From the NCBI GenBank assembly GCA_964500535.1, contig CAZCPI010000001.1, positions 1,777 through 47,050 on the forward strand: DNA of 45,274 bases. Reading direction: 5' to 3'. This stretch comes from an uncultured Bacteroidales bacterium (GTDB taxonomy: Bacteria > Bacteroidota > Bacteroidia > Bacteroidales > UBA1402). Positions 9,608-21,621 of this stretch are shown here, piece by piece. The position numbers and the translations under genes were made by a program. The notes beneath the pieces are model-generated. The model was given only the letters and a program-made list of their open reading frames with translations. It ran no database searches and had not been told where the DNA came from. The first letter of the stretch is position 1. The number at the start of each line of letters is the position of its first letter.

Positions 9608-10468
9608 TCAGCTTCTTCTGATCCTGCCTCCTACAAGATCAAGTATTTCAGCAGTAATAGCTTGTTGTCTTGTCTTATTGTACAGAACCGTAAGTTCTTT
9701 GAGTAATTCATTCGCATTATCAGTCGCAATCTGCATAGCAGTCATTCTTGATGCATGTTCAGAAACCAATGATTCAAAAATTGCAGTATAAAGTTTGGAT
9801 GCCATATATTGCGGAAATACGGTTTCAAGAAAATTTAAAGGACCGGGTTCTGTCAGCAAATCATTTGGTTCGACGGCCTTGTGAGCCGGAATCTCAAAAG
9901 GAAGTACATTTTCTTGAATAAGAACCTGTTTAGTAGCCCTTTTAATCCTGTGAAAAAGAAAAATTACTTTATCAACTTCTCCTGTTTTAAAATCGTTCAT
10001 TAAAACCGAGGAAAATTCACGGCATTTTTCCTGAGATGGTTTATCAATAAGCTTGCTTCCATCCAGCTTCACGCTGTTTCTGGTCTTCAACATAGCCGTT
10101 GTAATCTTGTTACCAACAGGATATACCACTACATCAACACCATACCTTTTAAATTCGTCAATTATTTGCTCAGTGACCTTAAATACAGCCGAATTGAAAG
10201 AACCACAAAGTCCTGAATCGGATGAAAAAGGTACAAGAGCAACTTTTTTAACCGGTCTTACAGATGCAAATGAGAATTCAATATCTTCCCTGCCTTCAAA
10301 AATGCTATGGACTATATCATTGAGCTTGTCATCATATTTCTTTACCTTTCTGACAGCAATCTGTGACTGATGAAACTTTGCAGAAGATATCAGCTTCATA
10401 GCCGTAGTAATCTTCAGCGTATTCTGAACAGAATTTATCCTGATTTTTGTTTCTTTTAATGAAGCCAT
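9608..10468 (-). CDS. atpG: F0F1 ATP synthase subunit gamma
   Basis: MASLKETKIRINSVQNTLKITTAMKLISSAKF and C-terminal ITAEILDLVGG are typical gamma termini. Last gene of the atp operon. Confidence 0.93.
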   Translation of the reverse strand: MASLKETKIRINSVQNTLKITTAMKLISSAKFHQSQIAVRKVKKYDDKLNDIVHSIFEGREDIEFSFASVRPVKKVALVPFSSDSGLCGSFNSAVFKVTEQIIDEFKRYGVDVVVYPVGNKITTAMLKTRNSVKLDGSKLIDKPSQEKCREFSSVLMNDFKTGEVDKVIFLFHRIKRATKQVLIQENVLPFEIPAHKAVEPNDLLTEPGPLNFLETVFPQYMASKLYTAIFESLVSEHASRMTAMQIATDNANELLKELTVLYNKTRQQAITAEILDLVGGRIRRS

Positions 10469-10474
10469 TGCTTA

Positions 10475-12055
10475 TCAGTGAACGAGTTTTGAAGATACAG
10501 ATGCAGCTGTCTTTTCGATTATCTTAATATATTCATCATTCAGAATACCAATATTTAAGTCTCTGATAAGTTCAGGATTATTCAGCTCAATCTCTTCAAG
10601 AAACAAGGTTTCAAAATCACTAACTTTCTGAATATCTATATCACGCATTAATCCGTGTGTACCACAATAAAGTATAGCTATCTGTTTTCCGACAGCCATC
10701 GGTTTATATTGCGGTTGAATCAGCAAATTAGTATTTTTCCTTCCTTTATCAAGCATAAGAGCTGTAACGGGATCCATATCGCTGTTAAATCTGGCAAAAG
10801 ACTCGAGCTCCCTGAATTGCGCCTGATCGATTTTCAGAGTACCGGCGACTTTTTTCATTGCTTTGTTTTGTGCATTTCCGCCTACACGGGACACAGAAAT
10901 ACCAACATTAATCGCAGGTCTTATACCGCTGTTGAATAATCCGGTATCAAGAAATATCTGACCATCTGTTATTGAAATTACATTCGTAGGAATATATGCT
11001 GAAACGTCACCAGCCTGTGTTTCAATAATCGGTAGGGCAGTAAGAGAGCCACCACCTTTTATAACATCTTTAATACTGTCAGGAACGTCATTCATTTTTT
11101 TTGCGACATCATCACGATTTATTATACGAGCAGCTCTTTCCAGTAAACGTGAATGCAAATAGAAGATATCACCGGGATAAGCTTCTCTTCCTGAAGGACG
11201 CTGGAGTACAAGCGAAATTTCACGATAAGCTACCGCTTGTTTTGATAAGTCATCATATATTACCAGAGCGTCACGACCTGAATCACGGAAGTATTCACCA
11301 ATAGCACATCCGGCAAAAGGAGCATAGTATTGAAGAGCAGCTGGATCCGCAGCTGAAGCATTTATTATGACAGTATAGTCCATTGCTCCCTTTTCCTGAA
11401 GGGTCTTTACAATAGTTGCAACAGTTGAAGCCTTTTGTCCTATAGCTACATATATGCAATATACCGGTTTGCCAGCTTCAAAATTGCTTCTCTGATTGAT
11501 TATTGTATCAATAGCAATAGCTGTTTTACCTGTTTGCCTGTCTCCAATAATAAGTTCACGTTGCCCGCGACCAATAGGAATCATGGCATCAATAGCTTTA
11601 AGGCCGGTTTGAAGTGGTTCCTGAACCTTTTGTCTGTAAATAACTCCCGGAGCCTTTCTTTCAAAAGGCATATCTGTATCCACATTATGAATCGGACCTT
11701 TACCATCAAGAGGTCTTCCTAAAGTATCAATAACACGTCCCAATAAGCCATCGCCGACCATAATTGATGCAATTTTACCAGTACATCTTACAGTATCACC
11801 TTCTTCAACCAAATCAGAATGGCTGAAAAGTACAGCACCAACATTGTCCTGTTCAAGGTTCATGGCTATAGCGACAGCACCGCTGTCGAATTCAAGCAAT
11901 TCTCCGGATTTAACATTTTTCAATCCGTAAATTCGTGCCACACCGTCACCAACCGTTAACACAACTCCGGTTTCTTCGAGCTGAACTGAATCACTTAAAC
12001 CCTGTAATTCTTTACGTAACAGGTCGCTTACTTCACTTATCTTAATATCCTTCAT
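10475..12055 (-). CDS. atpA: F0F1 ATP synthase subunit alpha
   Basis: Walker A GDRQTGKT; conserved [22 protein letters not shown] and [30 protein letters not shown]. Confidence 0.97.
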   Translation of the reverse strand: MKDIKISEVSDLLRKELQGLSDSVQLEETGVVLTVGDGVARIYGLKNVKSGELLEFDSGAVAIAMNLEQDNVGAVLFSHSDLVEEGDTVRCTGKIASIMVGDGLLGRVIDTLGRPLDGKGPIHNVDTDMPFERKAPGVIYRQKVQEPLQTGLKAIDAMIPIGRGQRELIIGDRQTGKTAIAIDTIINQRSNFEAGKPVYCIYVAIGQKASTVATIVKTLQEKGAMDYTVIINASAADPAALQYYAPFAGCAIGEYFRDSGRDALVIYDDLSKQAVAYREISLVLQRPSGREAYPGDIFYLHSRLLERAARIINRDDVAKKMNDVPDSIKDVIKGGGSLTALPIIETQAGDVSAYIPTNVISITDGQIFLDTGLFNSGIRPAINVGISVSRVGGNAQNKAMKKVAGTLKIDQAQFRELESFARFNSDMDPVTALMLDKGRKNTNLLIQPQYKPMAVGKQIAILYCGTHGLMRDIDIQKVSDFETLFLEEIELNNPELIRDLNIGILNDEYIKIIEKTAASVSSKLVH

Positions 12056-12065
12056 AGAAAATGTC

Positions 12066-12602
12066 TTATAACGTTAATTTTTTGCGGATATCCTGCAATC
12101 TTGTTTTGACACTTGCATCCAGACGTTTTTCATCTGTAGTCAAAACAAATCCACCTATAATATCCGGCTGCACCACATGAGTAAGATTGATCTTTTTTCC
12201 TGTAGCATTTTCAAGTTTATTATGCAATGTATTTGTTCTTTGATTATCCAAAGGTACAGCTGTGGTAAGACGAACACGAAGAATATTTTTTTCCGTTTCA
12301 TAAACCTGTCTGTACTTAACACATATATCATCAATCATATACTCTCTGCGATGATTCAGCAACATCTGAAAAAAACGGCGACAGGAATCTGATGGATTTC
12401 CGCCTGTTGCTGTGATAAGCAGATTTAATTTGGATTCATAAGACACAATCGGGCTGTTCAGGGAATCATTCAATTCCTGAATATTGTTAATAATGTCAAA
12501 TAACAAATTAAGTTCACCCATTACAATATCTTCCTCACCCGCAGACGAAGAATAATCGTATAATGCCTTTGCAAATCTTGCAGAAATCAAACCTATATTC
12601 AT
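12066..12602 (-). CDS. atpH: F0F1 ATP synthase subunit delta (OSCP)
   Basis: 178 aa; N-terminus [10 protein letters not shown]; sits between atpF and atpA. Confidence 0.85.
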   Translation of the reverse strand: MNIGLISARFAKALYDYSSSAGEEDIVMGELNLLFDIINNIQELNDSLNSPIVSYESKLNLLITATGGNPSDSCRRFFQMLLNHRREYMIDDICVKYRQVYETEKNILRVRLTTAVPLDNQRTNTLHNKLENATGKKINLTHVVQPDIIGGFVLTTDEKRLDASVKTRLQDIRKKLTL

Positions 12603-12661
12603 ATGTTACTTATATTTTAAATCAGGACGCATGAAACACTTTAAAAGCGTTTCATACCCGA

Positions 12662-13162
12662 TTACAACTGCTTGTCGTCCAAATCACTCAAATATCTGTC
12701 AATCAAAGCCTTTTGTTCATCACTCTCCTGCAGCTGCTTTCTGAGCAACATTTCAGACATCTGTACAGATATAACTGCCATTTCATTATGGAGACTTCGC
12801 ATCGCCTTTTGTTTTTCAGCTTCAGCCTCAATTCTTGCTAGTTCTGTAAGACGTCTTCCTTCAGAAACAGACAATTCTCTTGCCTCGGCAAGTATCCGTT
12901 CCTTTTTTTCTGCTGCCTCTCTTAATATGGAATCTTTTTCATTTCTGGCTTCCTGAAGCATGTTATCAATCTCATGCTGTACAGTAACTAATTTCTCTTC
13001 GGTCTTTTTAGCATCTTCAAGCGCCTTGTTGATACGATCTTTTCTATCCTCAACGCTTTTAATGATTATAGGGAAACCAAATTTTGCCAGTACAAAGAAA
13101 ACAATTCCAAAAGTCAGAAGCATCCAGAACACTAAACCCAGTTCCGGAGTTAATAATGACAT
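12662..13162 (-). CDS. atpF: F0F1 ATP synthase subunit b
   Basis: A single N-terminal TM helix (LVFWMLLTFGIVFFVLAKF) followed by a long charged coiled-coil region. Confidence 0.9.
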   Translation of the reverse strand: MSLLTPELGLVFWMLLTFGIVFFVLAKFGFPIIIKSVEDRKDRINKALEDAKKTEEKLVTVQHEIDNMLQEARNEKDSILREAAEKKERILAEARELSVSEGRRLTELARIEAEAEKQKAMRSLHNEMAVISVQMSEMLLRKQLQESDEQKALIDRYLSDLDDKQL

Positions 13163-13177
13163 ATCTTTTCGTTTTTT

Positions 13178-13450
<273 letters not shown>

Positions 13451-14494
13451 TTAATGATGCTTTACACGTGCCAGACCTATATAAACTGAAGAAAGAAGCG
13501 TGAAAATATATGCCTGTAAAAAAGATACAAGTATCTCAACAAAAAACATAAATACGCTTAAGAAAACAGATAAGCCGGTCATGGCTGCATTTATTGCTGT
13601 TCCCATTGTAGCTGTCACAAATATCAGTGAAACCAGACTGAGCATAATTGTATGCCCTGCCATGACATTTGCAAACAAACGTATCATCAGGGAGAACGGT
13701 TTAGAAATAACTCCAAAAATTTCTACTATCGGCATTAAAGGTACCGGTAGTTTAAGAAAAACCGGAACTTCGGGCCAAAAAACCTCTTTCCAGTATGTCT
13801 TTGTACCAAAGACATTTACAATCACCATTGTAAATAAAGCAAGTACAAAAGTCACAGCAATATTCCCTGTAACATTAGCACCGCCCGGAAAAACAGGCAC
13901 GAGCCCTAAAAGATTATTTACCAAAATAAAAAAGAAAACAGTCATCAAATAAGGCTGGAACTTTTTATAATCAGCTCCAACATTTGCCTTAATAACATCA
14001 TCCCGAAGGAATTCCACCACAGCCTCTATCATTCCGATAAAACCACCTGGTGCCTGCATAGGATGCTTCCTGTACCATCTTGCTACAAGAAGAATTATAA
14101 TCAGAACCAGTGAAGCGCTTATCAGTAAAGCAAGCACATTTTTTGTAATCGAGAAGTCAAATGGTCTGACAACTTCTCCCTTTGAATTTACTTCAACAAC
14201 TTTGCCAGCGTATTTACCTTCTTCATTAAGATAGAAACCATTATATGGATGCTCTCCATGAAGTTTATCTGATAAAAAAACATTTAGTCCTTTTTCTTTG
14301 CTGTAAACGATAACAGGAAGGTTTACTTCAACATGAGTTTCTCCTATTGTTGCAATATGCCAGGTATAAGAGTCGTTTATGTGTTCAAAGATCATCTCTT
14401 TGACATCCAGAGGCTTCTCCTTATTTTCCAAGCCGGCATTCGCAAATGCCGTAAACAGGAAAGATAATAATATTAAGAGACTAAACTTACGCAT
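13451..14494 (-). CDS. atpB: F0F1 ATP synthase subunit a, with an N-terminal extension of about 110 aa
   Basis: ATG at 14494; the tracked start at 14503 is TTG. C-terminal conserved LMIRLFANVMAGH (essential Arg). The N-terminal signal-like MRKFSLLILLSFLFTAFANA plus a soluble extension is common in Bacteroidota a-subunits. Confidence 0.9.
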   Translation of the reverse strand: MRKFSLLILLSFLFTAFANAGLENKEKPLDVKEMIFEHINDSYTWHIATIGETHVEVNLPVIVYSKEKGLNVFLSDKLHGEHPYNGFYLNEEGKYAGKVVEVNSKGEVVRPFDFSITKNVLALLISASLVLIIILLVARWYRKHPMQAPGGFIGMIEAVVEFLRDDVIKANVGADYKKFQPYLMTVFFFILVNNLLGLVPVFPGGANVTGNIAVTFVLALFTMVIVNVFGTKTYWKEVFWPEVPVFLKLPVPLMPIVEIFGVISKPFSLMIRLFANVMAGHTIMLSLVSLIFVTATMGTAINAAMTGLSVFLSVFMFFVEILVSFLQAYIFTLLSSVYIGLARVKHH

Positions 14495-14495
14495 T

Positions 14496-14978
14496 CTATT
14501 CAATTTCTATTTCTATTTCCTTTTCTGACTGAACTTCAGGGTCAGGTTCATGTTCTTTTTTCGCTTCTTCCGCTTCTTTTCTCTTTTTTCTTCTCTTTTC
14601 ATATAAATAATAAAAGTAAGTTTCTATTACAAGTATTATAATATAAAAAGCCAGAGTAGTCAGTCCGAAAGGCTTTATATTCGTTTTAATAAACCAGGCA
14701 TAAATACCTATAAACAAAATCGCAAGAAAGATTTTTATTCCTCTCGCAACCATATATGTCATAGTCACAGATTCCGGTTTCTCAGTATGTGTTTTTTCAA
14801 GACTTATCGCAAGACCAACGCCATAAACCCAGAAAAAAACAGGTATTGCCGGAAACCACTGAAAATAATTCTCAGGCCATATATAATAGATTACACTACC
14901 TAATAACAGCGTTACCAGTATTATTATAACGGTAACAAGCAAAATTAGCTTAGCAATCAGCTTTAGTCTGAGTTTCAT
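14496..14978 (-). CDS. Four-TM membrane protein embedded in the atp operon (AtpI-position protein) with a highly charged C-terminal tail
   Basis: Four hydrophobic helices, then KRRKKRKEAEEAKKEHEPDPEVQSEKEIEIEIE. Its TAG stop is 1 nt from the atpB ATG. Lies between atpC and atpB. Confidence 0.65.
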   Translation of the reverse strand: MKLRLKLIAKLILLVTVIIILVTLLLGSVIYYIWPENYFQWFPAIPVFFWVYGVGLAISLEKTHTEKPESVTMTYMVARGIKIFLAILFIGIYAWFIKTNIKPFGLTTLAFYIIILVIETYFYYLYEKRRKKRKEAEEAKKEHEPDPEVQSEKEIEIEIE

Positions 14979-14990
14979 TGTCAGATATAT

Positions 14991-15221
14991 TTATTCAAGA
15001 CATACTGTGACTATGTCCGATTGTATCTTTACAAAACCACCTTTTATCTCAATTTCCTTTTTTTCAGGAGTGAAATAAGTTATAACACCTTCACCGAGCA
15101 CTGAAATCATAGGAGTATGGCCGGGCCAGATTCCAAATGATCCCTGAACTCCGGGAAGTATTATTGAGCTTATTTCGCAATCTGCAACAACACCGGTAAC
15201 TGATAAAATATCAAGCTTCAT
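14991..15221 (-). CDS. atpC: F0F1 ATP synthase subunit epsilon, short form (beta-sandwich only)
   Basis: 76 aa, starting 1 nt after the atpD stop. Motifs SIILPGVQGSFGIWPGHTPMISVL and GGFVKI are typical of the epsilon N-terminal domain. No C-terminal helical hairpin is encoded. Confidence 0.85.
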   Translation of the reverse strand: MKLDILSVTGVVADCEISSIILPGVQGSFGIWPGHTPMISVLGEGVITYFTPEKKEIEIKGGFVKIQSDIVTVCLE

Positions 15222-15222
15222 A

Positions 15223-16749
<1,527 letters not shown>

Positions 16750-16762
16750 TTATTTAAAGCCC

Positions 16763-16770
16763 CAAATATA
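16763..16770 (-). promoter_or_regulatory. Candidate Bacteroidota -7 box (TATATTTG) for the atp operon
   Basis: The plus strand reads CAAATATA, which is TAnnTTTG on the minus strand, 20 nt upstream of the atpD ATG. No clean -33 TTTG was found. Confidence 0.4.
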
Positions 16771-16811
16771 AGGATTGTCCCTTGAATTTAAAAGGCGAAA
16801 AATTATATTTA

Positions 16812-17660
16812 TTATTCGTTAATTTTATTTTTAACAAATCTGATGCCATTATCTTCAAGAATTATCAGTCTGCTTCTGTAAAGATCTCCTACAGCTTTCT
16901 TAAATGTTTTCTTGCTTACACCAAACTTTTCATAAATATCTTCAGCAGGCGATTTATCGGTAAAAGGCAAAAAACCTCCTTCTGAGATTAACATATCGTA
17001 CAGATTTGTTGAAAACTCATCAACTTTTTCGAATCCGGGTTGCTGAAGCATCAGATCAATCTTATAGTCTTCTCTTATCTTTTTTACAAAACCTTTGGTA
17101 ATTTGACCGGTTTCAAGATTTACGAAAACCTCATTTTTATAAATAACACCGGCATATTGCTGATTGATTATCGCTTTCCAGCCAAGATCCGTTTTGCTGA
17201 TAATGAACAACTCAACTTCCTGACCAATTTCAAGATCAGGCTTGCTGTCATCAATAAACTTACCAAGTTTTGCTGAAGCAGTTATCCTTTTGCTATCAAA
17301 ATCCACGTAAACAAAAACCGGATACTTACAGCCAGCTATCATCTTCACTTTTTGCTCCCTGAAAGGAACTAAAAGATCTTTTGGCAGACCCCAGTCCAAA
17401 AAAGCGCCCGTGTCATTTACAGCAACAACTTCCAGATAAGCAAACTCACCAGCCATAGCATAAGGCCGTTCAGTTGTAGCAATAATCCTGTCTTCAGAAT
17501 CCAGATAAACAAATACGGTTAAAATATCACCAGTTTTGGCACCTTCAGGCACATATCTCTTTGGTAACAGAATGTCACCATCACTGCCACCGTCAAGATA
17601 GAGACCAAATTCAACTTCCCTCAAAACTTTAAGGGGATTCATTTTGCCAAGTATAGCCAT
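16812..17660 (-). CDS. S1-like RNA-binding domain protein, CvfB/YitL family
   Basis: FGLYLDGG..ILLPKRYVP, GAFLDWGLPKDLLVPFREQ and a repeated S1-like unit, with a C-terminal winged-helix-like KKTFKKAVGDLYRSRLI. Confidence 0.75.
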   Translation of the reverse strand: MAILGKMNPLKVLREVEFGLYLDGGSDGDILLPKRYVPEGAKTGDILTVFVYLDSEDRIIATTERPYAMAGEFAYLEVVAVNDTGAFLDWGLPKDLLVPFREQKVKMIAGCKYPVFVYVDFDSKRITASAKLGKFIDDSKPDLEIGQEVELFIISKTDLGWKAIINQQYAGVIYKNEVFVNLETGQITKGFVKKIREDYKIDLMLQQPGFEKVDEFSTNLYDMLISEGGFLPFTDKSPAEDIYEKFGVSKKTFKKAVGDLYRSRLIILEDNGIRFVKNKINE

Positions 17661-17722
17661 AACTTTTATAATATTTCCTTATCTGATTAACACATTATTC
17701 CGCCAAACGTTTATTCAGGCTA

Positions 17723-20700
17723 TCATTTTTTTGCTTGAACCCACTTACGGGCATTAATAAACGCTTCAATCCAGGGTGAAACCTGATCTGAATTTTTCCT
17801 TTCTTCAGGATAGTAAGCCCAGTGCCAGGGGAATATTGCTCTTTCAGGATGCGGCATCATCGCAAGATGTCTGCCATTATCAGAACAAATACCTGCAACT
17901 GAATAATCAGAACCATTCGGGTTGGCAGGATAAGCATCATAGTTATATTTAGCTATAACCTTATATTTATCTTCAGAATATGGCAGGCTGAATTTTCCTT
18001 CACCGTGAGCAACCCATACTCCAAGTTTGCTGCCTGACAAAGATCCAAGCATAACAGAATCATTTTCAGGAATATTCAATGTAATAAACTCTGATTCAAA
18101 TTTATGAGACTCATTATGCAGCATTTTTGGCTTTTCCTCATGGTCCGGATTGGTCAGCCCAAGCTCAACCATACACTGACAACCATTACAAATACCAAGA
18201 CTGAGAGTGTCTTCTCTGGCATAAAACTTATCAAGCGTTTCTTTGGCAGTTTCGTTGTAAAGGAAACCTCCGGCCCAGCCTTTAGCTGAACCGAGAACAT
18301 CAGAATTGGAGAAACCACCCACAAAAACGATCATGTTGACATCTTCAAGAGTTTCACGACCTGACATAAGGTCTGTCATATGTACATCCTTAACATCAAA
18401 TCCTGCAAGATAAAGAGTATATGCCATTTCTCTGTCTCCGTTAACACCTTTTTCTCTTATAATAGCAGCCTTAACGCCTGACTTTTCGCGTCTGTCCTGA
18501 GAAATGCCATATCCGGATAACTTACCGTTAAATCCTTTGTTAAAAACAAATTCAAGAGGCTGAAGCTTATAATTTTCAAAACGTGCTTTTGCACATTCGG
18601 CAGTTGACTGCTTTCTTTCAAGTAAATATGAAGATTCAAACCATACATCTCTCAGATGATCAATACCAAAAAGATATTCTGCACCATCTTTTTCAATTAA
18701 AATCTGTCTTTCCTCAGCCGGTTTCCCAATCATGGCGAAACCAATACCATTGTCATTAAGATATTTCTCAACTTTTTGAGGCTGGTTAACCTGAATAACA
18801 ACACCAGGATTTTCAGCAAATAATATTTTTATAAGATCATTTTCAGGAATGACATCCAAATCTATCTCGAGACCACCTTCTACATTTGAGAAACACATTT
18901 CCAACAGAGCAGTAACCAAACCTCCGGCAGATATATCGTGTCCTGCTACAATCCAGCCCCTTTCGATAAAATATTGAATAGCATTAAAAGCTTCTCTGAA
19001 ATATTCAGGTTTACTTACGGTAGGCACTTCGTCTCCAATCCTGTCAAGTGATTGAGCAAAAGCAGAACCTCCGAGTTTCATTGAGTCAAAAGAAAAATCC
19101 ACATGGTACAGTGGATAATCCGGATTATTGATTAAAACCGGAGTAATAACCTTCTTTATATCAGTAACCTCAGCTCCTGCTGAAATAATTACTGTGCCGG
19201 GAGAATAGACTTTATCCTGACCATACTTTTGTGTCATGGATAATGAATCCTTTCCAGTCGGAATATTTATGCCAAGCGCAATAGCAAACTTGCTTGCGGC
19301 TTCAACAGCCTTATAAAGTCTGGCATCCTCACCTTCATTCTTACATGGCCACATCCAGTTAGCTGACAGTGAAACACCATCAATTTGTTCTTTTAAAGGA
19401 GCCCATATAATATTAGTAAGTGATTCAGCAATTGCCATAACAGAACCGGCAGCCGGATCAGCCATTGCAACCTGTGGAGCGTGACCAATTGATGTAGCTA
19501 TACCGGCTTTCCCACGATAGTCAAGTGCAACAACACCGAGATCAGCTAAAGGTAACTGAATTTCACCCACACATTGCTGACGGGCAACTTTACCGGTTAC
19601 TGAACGGTCAACCTTGTTTGTAAGCCAGTCCTTGCATGCCACAGCTTCAAGCTGAAGAACGGTTTCCAGATAATCATCCAGAAGAGAAAGTTCATAATCA
19701 ACAGGTTGATATTTTTCAACCAGCGTATTATCTGTTATTACAGTACGAGGTGGCTTACCTATCATGTATTCAAGACGAAGATCAATCGGCCTTTTACCAT
19801 CTTTTTGTTCAAAAATAAATTGCTTGTCTCCGGTCGTCTCTCCGACAACATACATCGGTGAACGCTCACGATCAGCAACTCTCTTAATATATTCTATATC
19901 TTTTTCATTTACGAGTAGCCCCATTCTTTCCTGACTTTCATTGCCAATTATTTCTTTGGCAGACAAAGTAGGGTCACCAACAGGCAGCTGACTCATGTCA
20001 ATTTTCCCGCCGGTGGTTTCGACAAGTTCAGAAAGACAATTCAAGTGTCCTCCGGCTCCATGGTCATGAATTGAAACAACAGGATTTTCATCCAGTTCTG
20101 CCAGGGCACGGATTACATTTGAAACACGTTTCTGCATTTCAGGATTAGCACGCTGAACAGCATTCAGCTCAATACCTGAATTATATTGTCCGGTATCAAC
20201 AGAAGAAACCGCTCCACCGCCCATTCCGATACGATAATTGTCTCCACCAAGAAGTACTACTTTTTGTCCCGGTTTTTGCTCACCCTTCAATGCATCTTTC
20301 TTCTTCGCGAAACCAACACCTCCGGCTAACATTATGACCTTATCATAAGCAAACTTCTTGTTATTTTCCTGATGCTCAAATGTCAGTAAAGATCCGCAAA
20401 TAAGAGGCTGACCAAATTTATTACCAAAATCACTTGCACCATTTGATGCCTTAATCAGTATTTCCTCAGGAGTCTGATATAACCACGGGCGTTCAGGCAT
20501 ACCCTGCTCCCATTCACGATCCGGCTCTGTTCTCGGATAAGAAGTCATATAAACAGCTGTGCCTGCAATAGGCAAAGAGGCTTTGCCTCCGCCAAGCCTG
20601 TCTCTGATTTCTCCACCTGTTCCGGTTGCTGCGCCATTGAAAGGTTCAACAGTTGTAGGAAAATTATGAGTTTCTGCTTTGAGAGAAATTACAGATTCAA

Positions 20701-21412
20701 AATCTTTGATAGCAAAATAGTCAGATGTATCGGCGGTTAACGGAGCAAACTGTTCGATTACGGGCCCCTGATTAAATGCTACATTATCCTTATAGGCCGA
20801 AACCAGGAAATTAGGATTGACAGCAGATGTCTTCTTGATAAGCTCAAACAATGACGAAGGCTTTTCTTCTCCGTCAATAATATAAACGCCACCGAATATT
20901 TTATGCCTGCAATGCTCAGAATTAACCTGCGAGAAACCAAAGACCTCGCTATCGGTTAATTTCCTTCCGATTTTAACTGAAACATCATTAAGATATTCGA
21001 TTTCATCAGGATTAAGAGCAAGACCCTCTTTTTCACTGTAAGTTGCTATATCATCAATTTCTAATATTTCTTCAGGAGTCCTGGAAATATTAAAAATGTT
21101 CTGATCCAATCCCTGATAAACACGCTGAAGCATTTTGTCATGCTCAGCATCAGCCGAAGAAACCGGAAAAAATTCTTCCATTCTCAGTAAACCATCAATA
21201 CCAATATTTGTCGCGATTTCGACTGCATTAGTACTCCATGGTGTAATCATTTCTCTTCGGGGTCCGATAAAAACACCATCCAAATTTGATGACATTACAG
21301 GAGCAGCATCACTGAAAAGCCATTGCAGCTTTTTTAAATCAGATTCAGAAAAAGACTTTTGTGATTGAACAGCAATAATGCTATTTGACTGATTTTTAAA
21401 GAATTGTATCAT
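17723..21412 (-). CDS. purL: Phosphoribosylformylglycinamidine synthase (single-chain large FGAM synthase)
   Basis: 1229 aa. Contains SEHCRHKIF, AETHNFPTTVEPFNGAATGTGGEIRD, and a C-terminal glutaminase with GICNGCQ and MPHPER. Confidence 0.96.
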   Translation of the reverse strand: MIQFFKNQSNSIIAVQSQKSFSESDLKKLQWLFSDAAPVMSSNLDGVFIGPRREMITPWSTNAVEIATNIGIDGLLRMEEFFPVSSADAEHDKMLQRVYQGLDQNIFNISRTPEEILEIDDIATYSEKEGLALNPDEIEYLNDVSVKIGRKLTDSEVFGFSQVNSEHCRHKIFGGVYIIDGEEKPSSLFELIKKTSAVNPNFLVSAYKDNVAFNQGPVIEQFAPLTADTSDYFAIKDFESVISLKAETHNFPTTVEPFNGAATGTGGEIRDRLGGGKASLPIAGTAVYMTSYPRTEPDREWEQGMPERPWLYQTPEEILIKASNGASDFGNKFGQPLICGSLLTFEHQENNKKFAYDKVIMLAGGVGFAKKKDALKGEQKPGQKVVLLGGDNYRIGMGGGAVSSVDTGQYNSGIELNAVQRANPEMQKRVSNVIRALAELDENPVVSIHDHGAGGHLNCLSELVETTGGKIDMSQLPVGDPTLSAKEIIGNESQERMGLLVNEKDIEYIKRVADRERSPMYVVGETTGDKQFIFEQKDGKRPIDLRLEYMIGKPPRTVITDNTLVEKYQPVDYELSLLDDYLETVLQLEAVACKDWLTNKVDRSVTGKVARQQCVGEIQLPLADLGVVALDYRGKAGIATSIGHAPQVAMADPAAGSVMAIAESLTNIIWAPLKEQIDGVSLSANWMWPCKNEGEDARLYKAVEAASKFAIALGINIPTGKDSLSMTQKYGQDKVYSPGTVIISAGAEVTDIKKVITPVLINNPDYPLYHVDFSFDSMKLGGSAFAQSLDRIGDEVPTVSKPEYFREAFNAIQYFIERGWIVAGHDISAGGLVTALLEMCFSNVEGGLEIDLDVIPENDLIKILFAENPGVVIQVNQPQKVEKYLNDNGIGFAMIGKPAEERQILIEKDGAEYLFGIDHLRDVWFESSYLLERKQSTAECAKARFENYKLQPLEFVFNKGFNGKLSGYGISQDRREKSGVKAAIIREKGVNGDREMAYTLYLAGFDVKDVHMTDLMSGRETLEDVNMIVFVGGFSNSDVLGSAKGWAGGFLYNETAKETLDKFYAREDTLSLGICNGCQCMVELGLTNPDHEEKPKMLHNESHKFESEFITLNIPENDSVMLGSLSGSKLGVWVAHGEGKFSLPYSEDKYKVIAKYNYDAYPANPNGSDYSVAGICSDNGRHLAMMPHPERAIFPWHWAYYPEERKNSDQVSPWIEAFINARKWVQAKK

Positions 21413-21438
21413 TTTAATTATTTATTTTCCTTAAGCCG

Positions 21439-21446
21439 CAAAGATA
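21439..21446 (-). promoter_or_regulatory. Candidate -7 box (TATCTTTG) for purL
   Basis: The plus strand reads CAAAGATA, which is TAnnTTTG on the minus strand, 26 nt upstream of the purL ATG. The octamer is identical to the tRNA-Val promoter box. Confidence 0.45.
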
Positions 21447-21621
21447 GTAAAAAAATGCATGAGTCATTAATGACTTTAGTAAAGGACAGGGTATTGTTTG
21501 GTATTTTTTTCACAAATTTGCATGGTCAATTTTGTTTTCTGCTCCTTAAATCAGCTAATGAATGTCAAAGAAATGTGCGCCAAACTTTAAATACGACAGA
21601 TAACCTGTAAATTTCAATAGT

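Noticed and set aside
21404-21610. A 68-aa plus-strand ORF filling the purL / CBM9-like intergenic region.
   Set aside because: It overlaps the purL start codon and the candidate purL promoter. It has no recognisable motif and no convincing start context, so the region is more likely non-coding regulatory DNA.
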